Source of the DNA: an uncultured Anaerolineales bacterium
GTDB taxonomy: Bacteria; Chloroflexota; Anaerolineae; Anaerolineales; UBA6663
Length of the DNA stretch: 64,000 nt
Direction: 5' to 3'
Assembly: GCA_964497615.1 (NCBI GenBank)
Contig: CAZCEC010000018.1
Location: 1,176-65,175, forward strand
The position numbers and the translations under genes are program-made. Every line of letters starts with the position of its first letter. Within the stretch, counting starts at the first letter, position 1. The notes beneath the pieces are model-generated. The model worked only from the letters and a program-made list of their open reading frames with translations, was not told the origin of the DNA and searched no databases. Positions 26,825 to 35,679 of this stretch are shown piece after piece.

Positions 26825-26880
26825 CAGTTACTCGCTTTCCGGATCATTCGCAGATTACGCCGATGGGCGCAGATAGTTCG

Positions 26881-26886
26881 ATTATA
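26881..26886 (-). promoter_or_regulatory. TATAAT -10 candidate for acnA
   Basis: Reverse strand reads gtgcggcTATAATcgaac, about 57 nt upstream of ATG 26824. A G-rich (plus strand) spacer lies further upstream, about 26892..27033. Confidence 0.4.
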
Positions 26887-27144
26887 GCCGCACGAGGGGG
26901 CGGCATCAATGACGAGGGGGCGAGGGGAGGTATCGGGCGGGGCGAGGGGAGAGTCCGGGGGCGTGGGAGTACACGGAGGGCACGGACAAAGGCGTATGGC
27001 ACGCAAGGGAGGAAGTGATTCGGACGGGAGAGCGCGGATTGGCCGTATGATATGATAGTTCAACGCTGCGCTCTGAGCAGGGGTGCTCGCTGGCCGCGCG
27101 CCCGGAATGGCTGGGGCCACACACATCGCCAATGGGGGGTTGAC

Positions 27145-29466
27145 ATGTCAGCTTCGCGCAATTTCACCTTCGCCGCCTTAGCCTTACGGCTAGCTGCGTC
27201 GCTCGCGCTCATCATTGCTTCCACTCCCATCATGGATATGGGCCTGACACCGCCACCCACGGCGTGGGCCGCCGGGCATGTCGTCAACCAGACGGCCGAC
27301 CCCGGCGACGGCGTGTGCGATGCGACCTGCACTCTTCGCGACGCCGTGCTAGCTGCGAATGCCAGCGCGGGACCAGACACCATTATGTTCGACACCAGCG
27401 GCACGGTCGTGCTGGGGTCGGCACTGCCTGCGATCACGGACACGCTGACGATTGACGGCAGCGGCCAAACGGTCGCCCTGGATGGCGCGAACGCCTATCG
27501 CGTGATATCGGCCACGGCTCCGCTGACCCTGACGGCGCTGACCGTGCAAAATGGCTACGCGGCGGGCAATGGCGGCGGGGCTTACTTTGGCAGCACTGGG
27601 ACGATCTCCGCGGTGACCTTCCTGAGTAATACGGTCAGCCTCAGCGATGACTATGGGGGCGGCGGCGCCTGGTTCGATGATCTGGCCCAGGTTTACCACT
27701 CGACCTTTGTGGGCAATATTTCCAGCGGCACCGGGGGCGGGGCGCATTTCGCGGCGGCGGCGTCGGTCTCGAGCACAGACTTCATCCACAATACCGCCGA
27801 AGGCACCTTTCTGGCTGGCGGCGGCGCATTGTTTTGGGGCTCGGCCCAACTGACGGCGGTCACTTTCGTCAGCAATACCACCGATGGGTACGGCGGCGGC
27901 GCGATGTTTGGCGAGGCTGAGTTGAGCGCTGTCACGTTCATTGACAACAGCGCGTTCAGCTGCGGAGGAGCATGCTTTGGTTCTCCGTCCGTTGTCAGTG
28001 ATGCGTCTTTCGTTGGCAACGTCTCGCTCACAGACGGCGGCGGCGCGATCTTTGGGGATACCGCCGTTGTCACTTCAACGACGTTCTTGAGTAACACAGC
28101 CGCCAGCGCGGCCGGCGGCGCACGGTTCGATGCGCGCGTGGTCATGACGGGGACGACCTTTATAGGTAACGCAGCGCTGTTCTCCTGGGGCGGCGCGGCG
28201 TCATTAAATGCCGACGATTCTGTAATCCAGTACAGCCTGTTCCAGGCGAATACTACCAGCGGTGTGGGCGGCGCCCTCTATCTACTCAGCGGGACCAATG
28301 TCAACTTGCTCGCCAACCAGTTCCTCGATAACCAGGCCGCATACGAGGGCGGCGCGCTGCAACTGTCGAGTAACACTCAAACCAACCTGGACAACAATAT
28401 ATTCGCGGGCAACCGCGTGCTCACCGACACCGGCGCGGCCGACATAGATATGTACCCGAACCTTCTGGGCCTCACCGGCCGGCACAACACCCTGGCTTCG
28501 GCTGTGCCAGGCCAGGGCCTGGCGCTGCAGGCCGGCCCCACCGCCACCGTTGCATTGACTAATACGATCTTCGACGGCTATGCGGTCGCCGTACAGGCCG
28601 GGGTGGCTACCACGATGACGCTCGATGGCGTCCTCTGGTCGAACGTCACTACGCCCACGCAGGGTGCTGGCATCACAGTGACCAACGACGTCACCGGCAG
28701 CTCGGCCTTTGCCGACCCGGGCGCGCACGACTATCACTTGACCCAGGCCAGCGATGCGCGCGATGCAGGGGTCGTCACCGGCCTAAGTGTGGACTACGAG
28801 GGCGACTCGCGCAGCTTTGGTCCCGCGCCTGACCTCGGCGCCGACGAGTACACCTTTCCGGCCGCGCCCGTAGCCGTGGATGACACCGCCAGCACCCCGG
28901 AGGATACGGCCGTGACGTTGAATGTGTTGGTGAATGACAGCGATTTGAACGGCGACCCGCTGAGCGTAGGCGCGGTGGGGGTTCCGACCAGCGGCATGGC
29001 GGTCGTCAGCGGCACGACGCAGATCGTCTATACACCGGCGCTCAACTTCAACGGCGCGGCGGTCTTTGCCTATGCCGCCAGCGATGGCGCACTGACGGCG
29101 ACGGCCAGCGTGACAGTCACGGTAACGGCAGTGAACGATGACCCAACGATGACCGCGCCGGGCGATCTGAGCATCACGGTCAACAGCAGCACCGGCGCAA
29201 TCCCCTTCACGGTGGGCGACGTAGACGAGGGCGATGTGCTCACAGTGACGGCAGAGTCGTCGAACACCGGACTGGTGCCCAACGGCGATATTCTGCTGGC
29301 CGGCAGCGGGATCAGCCGGACCGTGACGATTACGCCTACTGCTGGTCAGTGGGGGGCGGCCACAATCACGCTCACGGTGAGCGACGGGCAGGGCGGAATG
29401 GCGCAGGCGAGTTTTGGGTTGACCGTGATCGAGTACAGGCTGTACTTGCCGTTGGTGATGAGGTAA
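27145..29466 (+). CDS. Secreted CSLREA-type / PMP-repeat beta-helix protein with C-terminal cadherin/Ig-like repeats and a YRLYLPLVMR tail
   Basis: I prefer ATG 27145 (MSASRNFTFAALALRLAASLALIIAS). Contains DPGDGVCDATCTLRDAVLAANAS and GGGAYF/GGGAWF/GGGAHF/GGGALF repeats. PVAVDDTASTPEDTAVTLNVLVNDSDLNGDPLSV and VTAVNDDPT are Ig/cadherin-like modules. Confidence 0.8.
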   Translation: MSASRNFTFAALALRLAASLALIIASTPIMDMGLTPPPTAWAAGHVVNQTADPGDGVCDATCTLRDAVLAANASAGPDTIMFDTSGTVVLGSALPAITDTLTIDGSGQTVALDGANAYRVISATAPLTLTALTVQNGYAAGNGGGAYFGSTGTISAVTFLSNTVSLSDDYGGGGAWFDDLAQVYHSTFVGNISSGTGGGAHFAAAASVSSTDFIHNTAEGTFLAGGGALFWGSAQLTAVTFVSNTTDGYGGGAMFGEAELSAVTFIDNSAFSCGGACFGSPSVVSDASFVGNVSLTDGGGAIFGDTAVVTSTTFLSNTAASAAGGARFDARVVMTGTTFIGNAALFSWGGAASLNADDSVIQYSLFQANTTSGVGGALYLLSGTNVNLLANQFLDNQAAYEGGALQLSSNTQTNLDNNIFAGNRVLTDTGAADIDMYPNLLGLTGRHNTLASAVPGQGLALQAGPTATVALTNTIFDGYAVAVQAGVATTMTLDGVLWSNVTTPTQGAGITVTNDVTGSSAFADPGAHDYHLTQASDARDAGVVTGLSVDYEGDSRSFGPAPDLGADEYTFPAAPVAVDDTASTPEDTAVTLNVLVNDSDLNGDPLSVGAVGVPTSGMAVVSGTTQIVYTPALNFNGAAVFAYAASDGALTATASVTVTVTAVNDDPTMTAPGDLSITVNSSTGAIPFTVGDVDEGDVLTVTAESSNTGLVPNGDILLAGSGISRTVTITPTAGQWGAATITLTVSDGQGGMAQASFGLTVIEYRLYLPLVMR

Positions 29467-29501
29467 GGACGGGCTCGGCGGGGACCGTGGCCCCACTGCT
29501 A

Positions 29502-30485
29502 CTAAACTTCCTCAACTGACAACGGGTGTTCCTTGAGATAGGCTTCGGCCTGGGGGCGGGTGAAGACCCCGGCCGTGGTGCCGAGGCGGGTGCAGGCGGA
29601 GGCGCCGATGACGCTGGCGAATTGCAGGGTGCGGGCGGCGTCCCAGCCTTCCAGCAGGCCGACGATCAGGCCGGCGGCAAAGGCGTCGCCCGCGCCGGAG
29701 CCGTCCACCACCTCGACTTTGGCGGGTTCGCACATCAGGGTCTGATGCTGGTTGACGAGCAGAGCGCCGCGCTCGCCGAGGGTGATGATGACGGCGCCGC
29801 AGCCAGCCTGGAGCAGGCGGCGGGCCTGGGCTTCGGGGTCGGCTTCGCCGGTGAGGGCGCGGGCCTCGGTGTCGTTGGGCAGAAAGTAGTCCACCTCGGG
29901 CAGGACGGCTTCGACCGCGGCGAGGGATTTGCCGGGGTCACCGGCCGGGACCACGACATCGAGCACGGTGATGGCGCCGTGCGCGCGGGCGCGGCGCATG
30001 GCGGCGCGCAGGTCGGCGGGGTTGAGGTGGGGCAGGACGAGGTAGCCGCCCAGGCAGAAGACGCGGGCGGTGTCGAGCAGGTGGGCGGGCAGGTCCGCGC
30101 CTTGGAAATCCGCGTTGGCGCCGAAGGTGTGGATGTAGCGCCGGTCCTGGCCGATGACGGGCAGGATGACGGTCTTGGAGGTGCCGTGGGTGGCGGAGCG
30201 CGAGATGGCGCTGGTGTGCACGCCCTTGCCGGCCATATCGTGCGCCACGAAGTCGCCAAAGATATCCTGGCCGACCTTGCCGGCCACGGCGGTGGGCACG
30301 CCCAACTTCACCAGGCAGGTGGCGGTGTTAGCCGCGCAGCCGCCCGAGTCTACCAGGAAGTCTTCGGTGGCGACGAGGGCGCCCTCGGCGGGCAGGCCGG
30401 CGAGCGGCGGCACGAACAGGTCGGCGACGAGGATGCCGGCGCAGACGACGGCGGGCGCGGGGCTAGGCGCGGTAGTAGCGGTCAT
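29502..30485 (-). CDS. PfkB-family carbohydrate kinase
   Basis: 327 aa with DSGGCAANTA and GAGDAFAAGLIVG motifs. Overlaps the upstream isomerase gene by 23 nt. Confidence 0.85.
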   Translation of the reverse strand: MTATTAPSPAPAVVCAGILVADLFVPPLAGLPAEGALVATEDFLVDSGGCAANTATCLVKLGVPTAVAGKVGQDIFGDFVAHDMAGKGVHTSAISRSATHGTSKTVILPVIGQDRRYIHTFGANADFQGADLPAHLLDTARVFCLGGYLVLPHLNPADLRAAMRRARAHGAITVLDVVVPAGDPGKSLAAVEAVLPEVDYFLPNDTEARALTGEADPEAQARRLLQAGCGAVIITLGERGALLVNQHQTLMCEPAKVEVVDGSGAGDAFAAGLIVGLLEGWDAARTLQFASVIGASACTRLGTTAGVFTRPQAEAYLKEHPLSVEEV

Positions 30486-31149
30486 AGTCGTTGACGAGCA
30501 GGTAGAGGGGCGGTTCGTCTTCTTCGATGTCGGGGAAGCGGCCGACGGGACCGTGAAAGCGGTTGTCGGTGTTGTCGTCGTTGACCAGTGAGACCTCGCC
30601 CACCAGCACGCGGCTCTCGACGCCCCAGAACTCGTGATAGCAATAGGGGATCAGGGTGATGCTCTCGCCGGGGCGCAGGATGACGGTGGCGCCGGCCTTG
30701 ACGGTGCGGGTGACGCCGTCCAGGCTGACCGTCACATCGGTATCGGCGAACTGCTCATCGGGCGCGGCATTGTAAAGCTGGACAGCCAGATTGCCGCCGC
30801 CGCGGTTGATGATGTCTTCCATCTTGACCCAATGGAAGTGCATGGGCGTCACCTGGTTCACGTTCGCGATCAGGATCTTCTCGGCGTAGATCTTGCCACG
30901 GCCGGTCTTGAGGTTCTCGGGTGAACCGTTGCGGATGGTGAAGACGGCCAGGCCGATGCGGGCGAAGTCGCCCTGGCCGAAGTCGGTGATGTCCCAGCCC
31001 AGGCGGCGGTCGACGATCTCGCGCGCCTCGGGACCCTTGGCCGCCCACTCCTCCGGGCTCCAATAGGCGAAGGGGGGCAGGTGGAATTGGTGAGCTTTGA
31101 GAAATTCGTCCGCGTCGCGGATGAGGGCGTTGACTTCGGAGCGTTTCAT
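30463..31149 (-). CDS. D-lyxose/D-mannose ketol-isomerase (cupin, YdaE/Z5688 family)
   Basis: 228 aa. Matches, as I remember the family, HLPPFAYWSP, YAEKILI...QVTPMHFHWVKMEDIINRGGGNL and GEVSLVNDDNTDNRF. Confidence 0.8.
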   Translation of the reverse strand: MKRSEVNALIRDADEFLKAHQFHLPPFAYWSPEEWAAKGPEAREIVDRRLGWDITDFGQGDFARIGLAVFTIRNGSPENLKTGRGKIYAEKILIANVNQVTPMHFHWVKMEDIINRGGGNLAVQLYNAAPDEQFADTDVTVSLDGVTRTVKAGATVILRPGESITLIPYCYHEFWGVESRVLVGEVSLVNDDNTDNRFHGPVGRFPDIEEDEPPLYLLVNDYDRYYRA

Positions 31150-31163
31150 GTAAGTACCTTTGG

Positions 31164-32051
31164 TTATGCCTGGCCGGCGCTGCCATATAACTGCATCAGC
31201 TCGGCGATGAGGCGCGCCAGGCGCTGCTTTCCGGCCAACAGGATATCGCTATCATAGCGCGAGCCGACGAAAGCGTGCACATTGAACTGGGCGGGGAGGG
31301 CGCCCACGGCGGCGTGCACCCCGGCGAGGAACTCCTGCTTGAGGCGGGTGCCATAGTTGATCTTGGCCGCGCCGCGGGCGATGGCGGGGCGAATGGCCTC
31401 AGCCGGGATGCCGGTGCCGCCGTGGAGCACCAAGGGCAGGCCGGTGGACTGGCGGATGGCGGCCAGCCGGTCGAGGTCCAGCGCGGCCTGCCCGTTGGCG
31501 AGCAGGTGCACATTGCCGATGGAGACGGCCAGCGCGTCGATGCCGGTCGCGGCGGCGAAGCGGGCGGCGTCGTCAGGATCAGTGAGGGTGCCGGGGCCAT
31601 CTTCGGGCTGGCCGGCGGTGGGGAGGTGGCCGAGTTCGGCCTCGACGGCGGCGCCGGCCGCGTGGGCGGCGAGGGCCATTTCGCGGGTGACGCGCACGTT
31701 CTCATCCCAGGCCAGGCGCGAGGTGTCGAGCATGATGGCGTTGCAGCCGGCGGCCAGGCCGCGCCGGGCGTGGTCGAGGGACTGGGCTTCATTAAAGAGG
31801 ACGGCGGCGGGCACGCGGGCGCGCTCGGCCAGAGTGCGGGCCAGGGCAGCGAGGGACTCGATGCCGCCCTTGTCGAGCCAGGCGGGGTTGGTGACGGCCG
31901 CGCCAAAGCCAAGGATGGCAGGGGAGCGCAGGGCCTCGGCGGTCTCGATCACGGCTTCCAGGGAATACTGGTCCCAGGACTCGAAGTAGCCGACAGCATA
32001 GCCGCCCTGGAGGGCCGCGCTGAGGATGGAGTTCAGATTCGTTATCGGCAT
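31164..32051 (-). CDS. Class II fructose/tagatose-bisphosphate aldolase-family protein with substituted first metal/acid motif
   Basis: I prefer ATG 32051 (MPITNLNSILSAALQGGYAVGYF). VEAELGHLP, SIGNVHLL and LVLHGGTGIP are conserved. The canonical LHLDH(G/H) position reads VLFNEA (Asn-Glu codons 31793..31788). Confidence 0.75.
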   Translation of the reverse strand: MPITNLNSILSAALQGGYAVGYFESWDQYSLEAVIETAEALRSPAILGFGAAVTNPAWLDKGGIESLAALARTLAERARVPAAVLFNEAQSLDHARRGLAAGCNAIMLDTSRLAWDENVRVTREMALAAHAAGAAVEAELGHLPTAGQPEDGPGTLTDPDDAARFAAATGIDALAVSIGNVHLLANGQAALDLDRLAAIRQSTGLPLVLHGGTGIPAEAIRPAIARGAAKINYGTRLKQEFLAGVHAAVGALPAQFNVHAFVGSRYDSDILLAGKQRLARLIAELMQLYGSAGQA

Positions 32052-32163
32052 CGCGGCGGGAAGGTAGCACGGGGGCCAATCCGTGTCAATCTGTATTATG
32101 ATTGGAGCTTGCACGATCTTGGACTGCGTCCACTAACGACCCCTGAATGAGACGGAGAAACTG

Positions 32164-33210
32164 ATGCCGGAGCAGATGGCGCCGATTGTTGACACGACCA
32201 GCCGCCCGCCCTCACCCCCGGCCCCTCCCCCGCCAGGGGAGGGGGGGCGGACCCTGCTCGACCACGCGCAGCGGCTGCGCCTGTACCGCGACATGCGGCT
32301 GGCGCGGCGATTTGAGGAAGTGGTGAATGAGCTGTATTTGCAGGGGAAGATCCCTTCGACCCTGCATCTGTATATCGGGCAGGAAGCGGTGGCGGTGGGG
32401 GTGTGCGCGGCGCTGCGGCCCGACGACTACGTGCTGAGCACGCACCGGCCGCACGGGCACGCGCTGGCCAAGGGCGTGTCGCCGGATGCTATCATGGCTG
32501 AGTTGTACGGCAAGGCGACGGGCACCTGCAAGGCCAAGGGCGGCTCGATGCACGTGGGCGATTTCTCCATCGGCATGTTCCCGGCCATCGCCATTGTGGG
32601 CGGCAACGTGCCGCTGGCGGCGGGGGCGGCCTTTGCCAGCAAGCGGCTGAAGAACGGGCGGGTGACGGCCTGCTTCTTTGGCGAGGGGGCGGTGAACGAG
32701 GGCGCGTGGCACGAGGGCGTAAACGCCGCCGCCATCTGGGACCTGCCGGTGATCCTGGTGTGCGAGAACAACCTGTACGCGGCCTCGACGCCGGTGAGCA
32801 TGGTGGTGAAGACGACGGTGGCCGAGCGCGGGCGGGGCTACGGCATCCCGGCGCTGACGATTGACGGCAACGACGTGCTGGCCGTGTATCAGGCGACGGC
32901 GGAGGCCGCCGCACGGGCGCGGGCCGGGAACGGGCCGACCCTGATCGAGTGCCTGACTTACCGGCAGTGCGGCCATTCGCGCTCGGACCCGCGCACCTAC
33001 CGCACGCGGGAGGAGGAGGCTGAGTGGCAGGGCAACGACCCGCTGGACCGGTACGCGGCCTGGCTGACGAAGGAGCAGGGGGTGGAAGAGGCGACCATCG
33101 CTGCACTGCAGGCCGAGGTGGAGCAAGTCATCCAGGACGCGATTGCGTTCGCCGAGACGAGCCCGCTGCCGCACCCAGATGACATCTACACGGATGTGTT
33201 CAAGGACTGA
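32164..33210 (+). CDS. 2-oxoacid (pyruvate/acetoin/branched-chain) dehydrogenase E1 alpha subunit, TPP-dependent
   Basis: 348 aa, GGAGA RBS. Motifs YIGQEAVAVG, GGSMH and GEGAVNEGAWHE. Confidence 0.85.
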   Translation: MPEQMAPIVDTTSRPPSPPAPPPPGEGGRTLLDHAQRLRLYRDMRLARRFEEVVNELYLQGKIPSTLHLYIGQEAVAVGVCAALRPDDYVLSTHRPHGHALAKGVSPDAIMAELYGKATGTCKAKGGSMHVGDFSIGMFPAIAIVGGNVPLAAGAAFASKRLKNGRVTACFFGEGAVNEGAWHEGVNAAAIWDLPVILVCENNLYAASTPVSMVVKTTVAERGRGYGIPALTIDGNDVLAVYQATAEAAARARAGNGPTLIECLTYRQCGHSRSDPRTYRTREEEAEWQGNDPLDRYAAWLTKEQGVEEATIAALQAEVEQVIQDAIAFAETSPLPHPDDIYTDVFKD

Positions 33211-33213
33211 CCC

Positions 33214-34227
33214 ATGCCTCAGATGAGCATTGCCGAAGCGCTGCGGGCTGCCATCCGCGACGAGATGCGGCGGGACGAGCGCGTGTTCTGCCTGGGCGAG
33301 GACATCGGCATCCCGGGCGGGTTTGGCGGCGCGTTCACGGTGACGCTGGGGCTGTCGGACGAGTTCGGGCACGAGCGCATTCTGGACACGCCGATCTCGG
33401 AGGCGCTGATCGCGGGGATGGCGGTGGGCGCGGCGGCGTGCGGACTGCGGCCCATCGCCGATGTGCAGTACGGCGACTTCCTCTTCAACATGATGGACCA
33501 ACTGGCGAACCAGGCGGCCAAGCTGCGCTATATGTCGGGCGGGACGCTGGCGGTGCCGATGGTGATGCGGGCGCCGGTGGGGGCGACGGGGCGCGGGTCG
33601 CAGCACGCGCAGAGTCTGGAGGCGTTCTTTACGCATGTGCCGGGGTTGAAGGTGGTCGCTCCATCCACGGCCTACGACGCCAAGGGCCTGCTGACCGCCG
33701 CCATCCGCGACGACAACCCGGTGCTGGTGTTCGAGCATAAACTGCTGTATGGCTCCAAGGGGGCGCGGAAGGAGAAGGGGGCGCTTAGCCCGGTGGGCGA
33801 GGTGCCGGAGGAAGACTACATCGTGCCGATCGGTAAGGGGGCGATCCGGCGGGAGGGCAAGGACCTGACCATCGTCGCCAACCTGCTGATGCTGTACCGG
33901 TCGCTGGCGGCGGCGGACAAGCTGAGGGAGCAGGGCATCGAGGCGGAGGTGATTGACCCGCGCACGCTGGTGCCGCTGGACAAGCAGTTGATCCTGGAGT
34001 CGGTGCAGAAGACAGGGCGGCTGCTGATCGTGGAGGAAGACAACCTGACGAACGGCTGGGGGGCGGAGATCGCGGCGCTGATGGCGGACGAGGCCTTTGC
34101 GTGGCTGGATGCGCCCATCAAGCGGCTGGCTGCGCCGGACGTGCCGCCGCCGTTCGCGCCGATCCTGGAACAGGCGTATGTGCCCAGCGAGCAGAAGATT
34201 GTGGACATGGCGTTGAGCATGTTCTGA
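33214..34227 (+). CDS. 2-oxoacid dehydrogenase E1 beta subunit
   Basis: 337 aa, starting 4 nt after the E1 alpha stop. Transketolase-like pyrimidine-binding region DTPISEALIAGMAVGAA. Confidence 0.85.
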   Translation: MPQMSIAEALRAAIRDEMRRDERVFCLGEDIGIPGGFGGAFTVTLGLSDEFGHERILDTPISEALIAGMAVGAAACGLRPIADVQYGDFLFNMMDQLANQAAKLRYMSGGTLAVPMVMRAPVGATGRGSQHAQSLEAFFTHVPGLKVVAPSTAYDAKGLLTAAIRDDNPVLVFEHKLLYGSKGARKEKGALSPVGEVPEEDYIVPIGKGAIRREGKDLTIVANLLMLYRSLAAADKLREQGIEAEVIDPRTLVPLDKQLILESVQKTGRLLIVEEDNLTNGWGAEIAALMADEAFAWLDAPIKRLAAPDVPPPFAPILEQAYVPSEQKIVDMALSMF

Positions 34228-34233
34228 ATCAAG

Positions 34234-35619
34234 ATGACCATTGACATCATCGTTCCGCCCCTAAGCCAGACCTCGGACAGCCTGGTGCTGGTGAGGTGGC
34301 TGAAGCAGGCCGGCGACCCGGTCATCAAGGGTGAGCCGCTGTTCGAGGTCGAGACCGACAAGGCCACGCTCGAAGTGGAGGCGCCCGCGACGGGCACGGT
34401 GGGCGAACTGCTGGCCGAGCCGGGGAGCGAGATCGTCGTGCGCTCGGTGATTGGCCGCATCCTGACCCCGGATGAGGCGGCTGGGCCGGCCGGCGAAGCG
34501 CCCAGCAACGGCGGCTCGGCCCGCCGCGCGCCGGCCACCCAATCACGAGCCCCCCACGCGCTCATGCCTCGTTCTGATCGCGCTGGCCGCCTGTTTGCCA
34601 GCCCGCGGGCGCGCGGATTGGCTGAACGGGAAGGCGTGAGCCTGGACGGCATCGCGGCGACGGGGCCGCAGGGGATGATCGTGGAGCGGGATGTGTGCGC
34701 CTACCTGGCGCAACGCGGCGCGATTGATGCCGCGGCGCCTGCCGCTGAAGTCCGGTCGACGCCCGTTGCCCGGCGCGTGGCAGCGGAGGCTGGCGTAGAT
34801 TTGGGCGAAGTGGCACGGGTCGCACCCGGCAAGCCCATCCGGCGGGCAGATGTGGAGGCGGCGGTGCGGCAGCGCGGGGTGGCCCCCACCCCTCAGCCCG
34901 CAGTTGCTCCCACGGAACACGCAAGGGAGGGGGAGGCGGGGAGCCGGCGGGTGCCGCTGACGCCCACGCGCCGGACGATTGCGCGGCGGCTGGAAGCCAG
35001 CCAGCGCGAGACCGTGCCGGTGACGCTGACGCGCGAGGTGGAGGCGACGGCGCTGGCGGCGCTGCGCGAGCGGCTGTTGCTGGAACTGGCGGAGGGGGAG
35101 GAACGGCTGACCTACACGGACCTGCTGGTGAGCATTACGGCGCGGTGCCTCGGGCGGCATCCGCACCTGAACGCCAGGTTTGACGGCGAGGCGCTGGAGG
35201 TGTTTGAGGCGGTGCATATGGGGCTGGCGGTGGACACCGAGCGCGGGCTGATCGTGCCGGTGCTGCGGGACGCGGGCGCGAAGGGCCTGCGGGCGCTGGC
35301 GCGGGAGCGGGCGCGGCTGGTGGAGCGCGCGCAGACGGGCACGCTGACGCTGGACGAACTGGCGGGCGGCACGTTCACTCTGACCAATTTGGGCGCGCTG
35401 GGCGTGGATGGGTTTACGCCGGTGCTCAACCCACCCCAGGTGGCGATCCTGGGGCTGGGGCGGGTGCGGCCGGTGATGGGGGCGGCGGAGGCGGACGGGC
35501 GGCGGGTGATGTGGCTGTCGCTGACGTTCGATCACCGGGCGGTGGACGGCGCACCGGCGGCGCGACTGCTGGGCGATATCGCGGACTTGGTGGAGCAGCC
35601 GGACCGGGTGTGGCTGTAG
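34234..35619 (+). CDS. Dihydrolipoamide acyltransferase (E2)
   Basis: Lipoyl motif VETDKATLEVEAP. Two subunit-binding-like segments (ASPRARGLAEREGVSL and STPVARRVAAEAGVDL). Catalytic LSLTFDHRAVDGAPAA. Confidence 0.85.
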   Translation: MTIDIIVPPLSQTSDSLVLVRWLKQAGDPVIKGEPLFEVETDKATLEVEAPATGTVGELLAEPGSEIVVRSVIGRILTPDEAAGPAGEAPSNGGSARRAPATQSRAPHALMPRSDRAGRLFASPRARGLAEREGVSLDGIAATGPQGMIVERDVCAYLAQRGAIDAAAPAAEVRSTPVARRVAAEAGVDLGEVARVAPGKPIRRADVEAAVRQRGVAPTPQPAVAPTEHAREGEAGSRRVPLTPTRRTIARRLEASQRETVPVTLTREVEATALAALRERLLLELAEGEERLTYTDLLVSITARCLGRHPHLNARFDGEALEVFEAVHMGLAVDTERGLIVPVLRDAGAKGLRALARERARLVERAQTGTLTLDELAGGTFTLTNLGALGVDGFTPVLNPPQVAILGLGRVRPVMGAAEADGRRVMWLSLTFDHRAVDGAPAARLLGDIADLVEQPDRVWL

Positions 35620-35642
35620 GGGGCTGCGCACCTGCGGGTCTT

Positions 35643-35665
35643 GAGACGGCGCACCGCGCCGTCTC
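35643..35665 (+). terminator. Perfect 10-bp hairpin after the E2 gene (no U-tract)
   Basis: gagacggcgc-acc-gcgccgtctc. The core ggcgcaccgcgcc also occurs at 15098..15110. Confidence 0.4.
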
Positions 35666-35679
35666 TACATAGGCGGGGG

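Noticed and set aside
32085-32102. TTGACA and TATTAT/TATGAT hexamers in the aldolase/E1-alpha divergent region, considered as a promoter pair.
   Set aside because: The hexamers are in the wrong order or spacing on either strand (4-nt gap). Only a lone -10-like element can be argued, which is too weak to report as a feature.
34234-35619. The E2 has two subunit-binding-like segments, and no E3 (lipoamide dehydrogenase) gene follows.
   Set aside because: Domain-number variation in E2 and an E3 encoded elsewhere are both common. This is not considered unusual.
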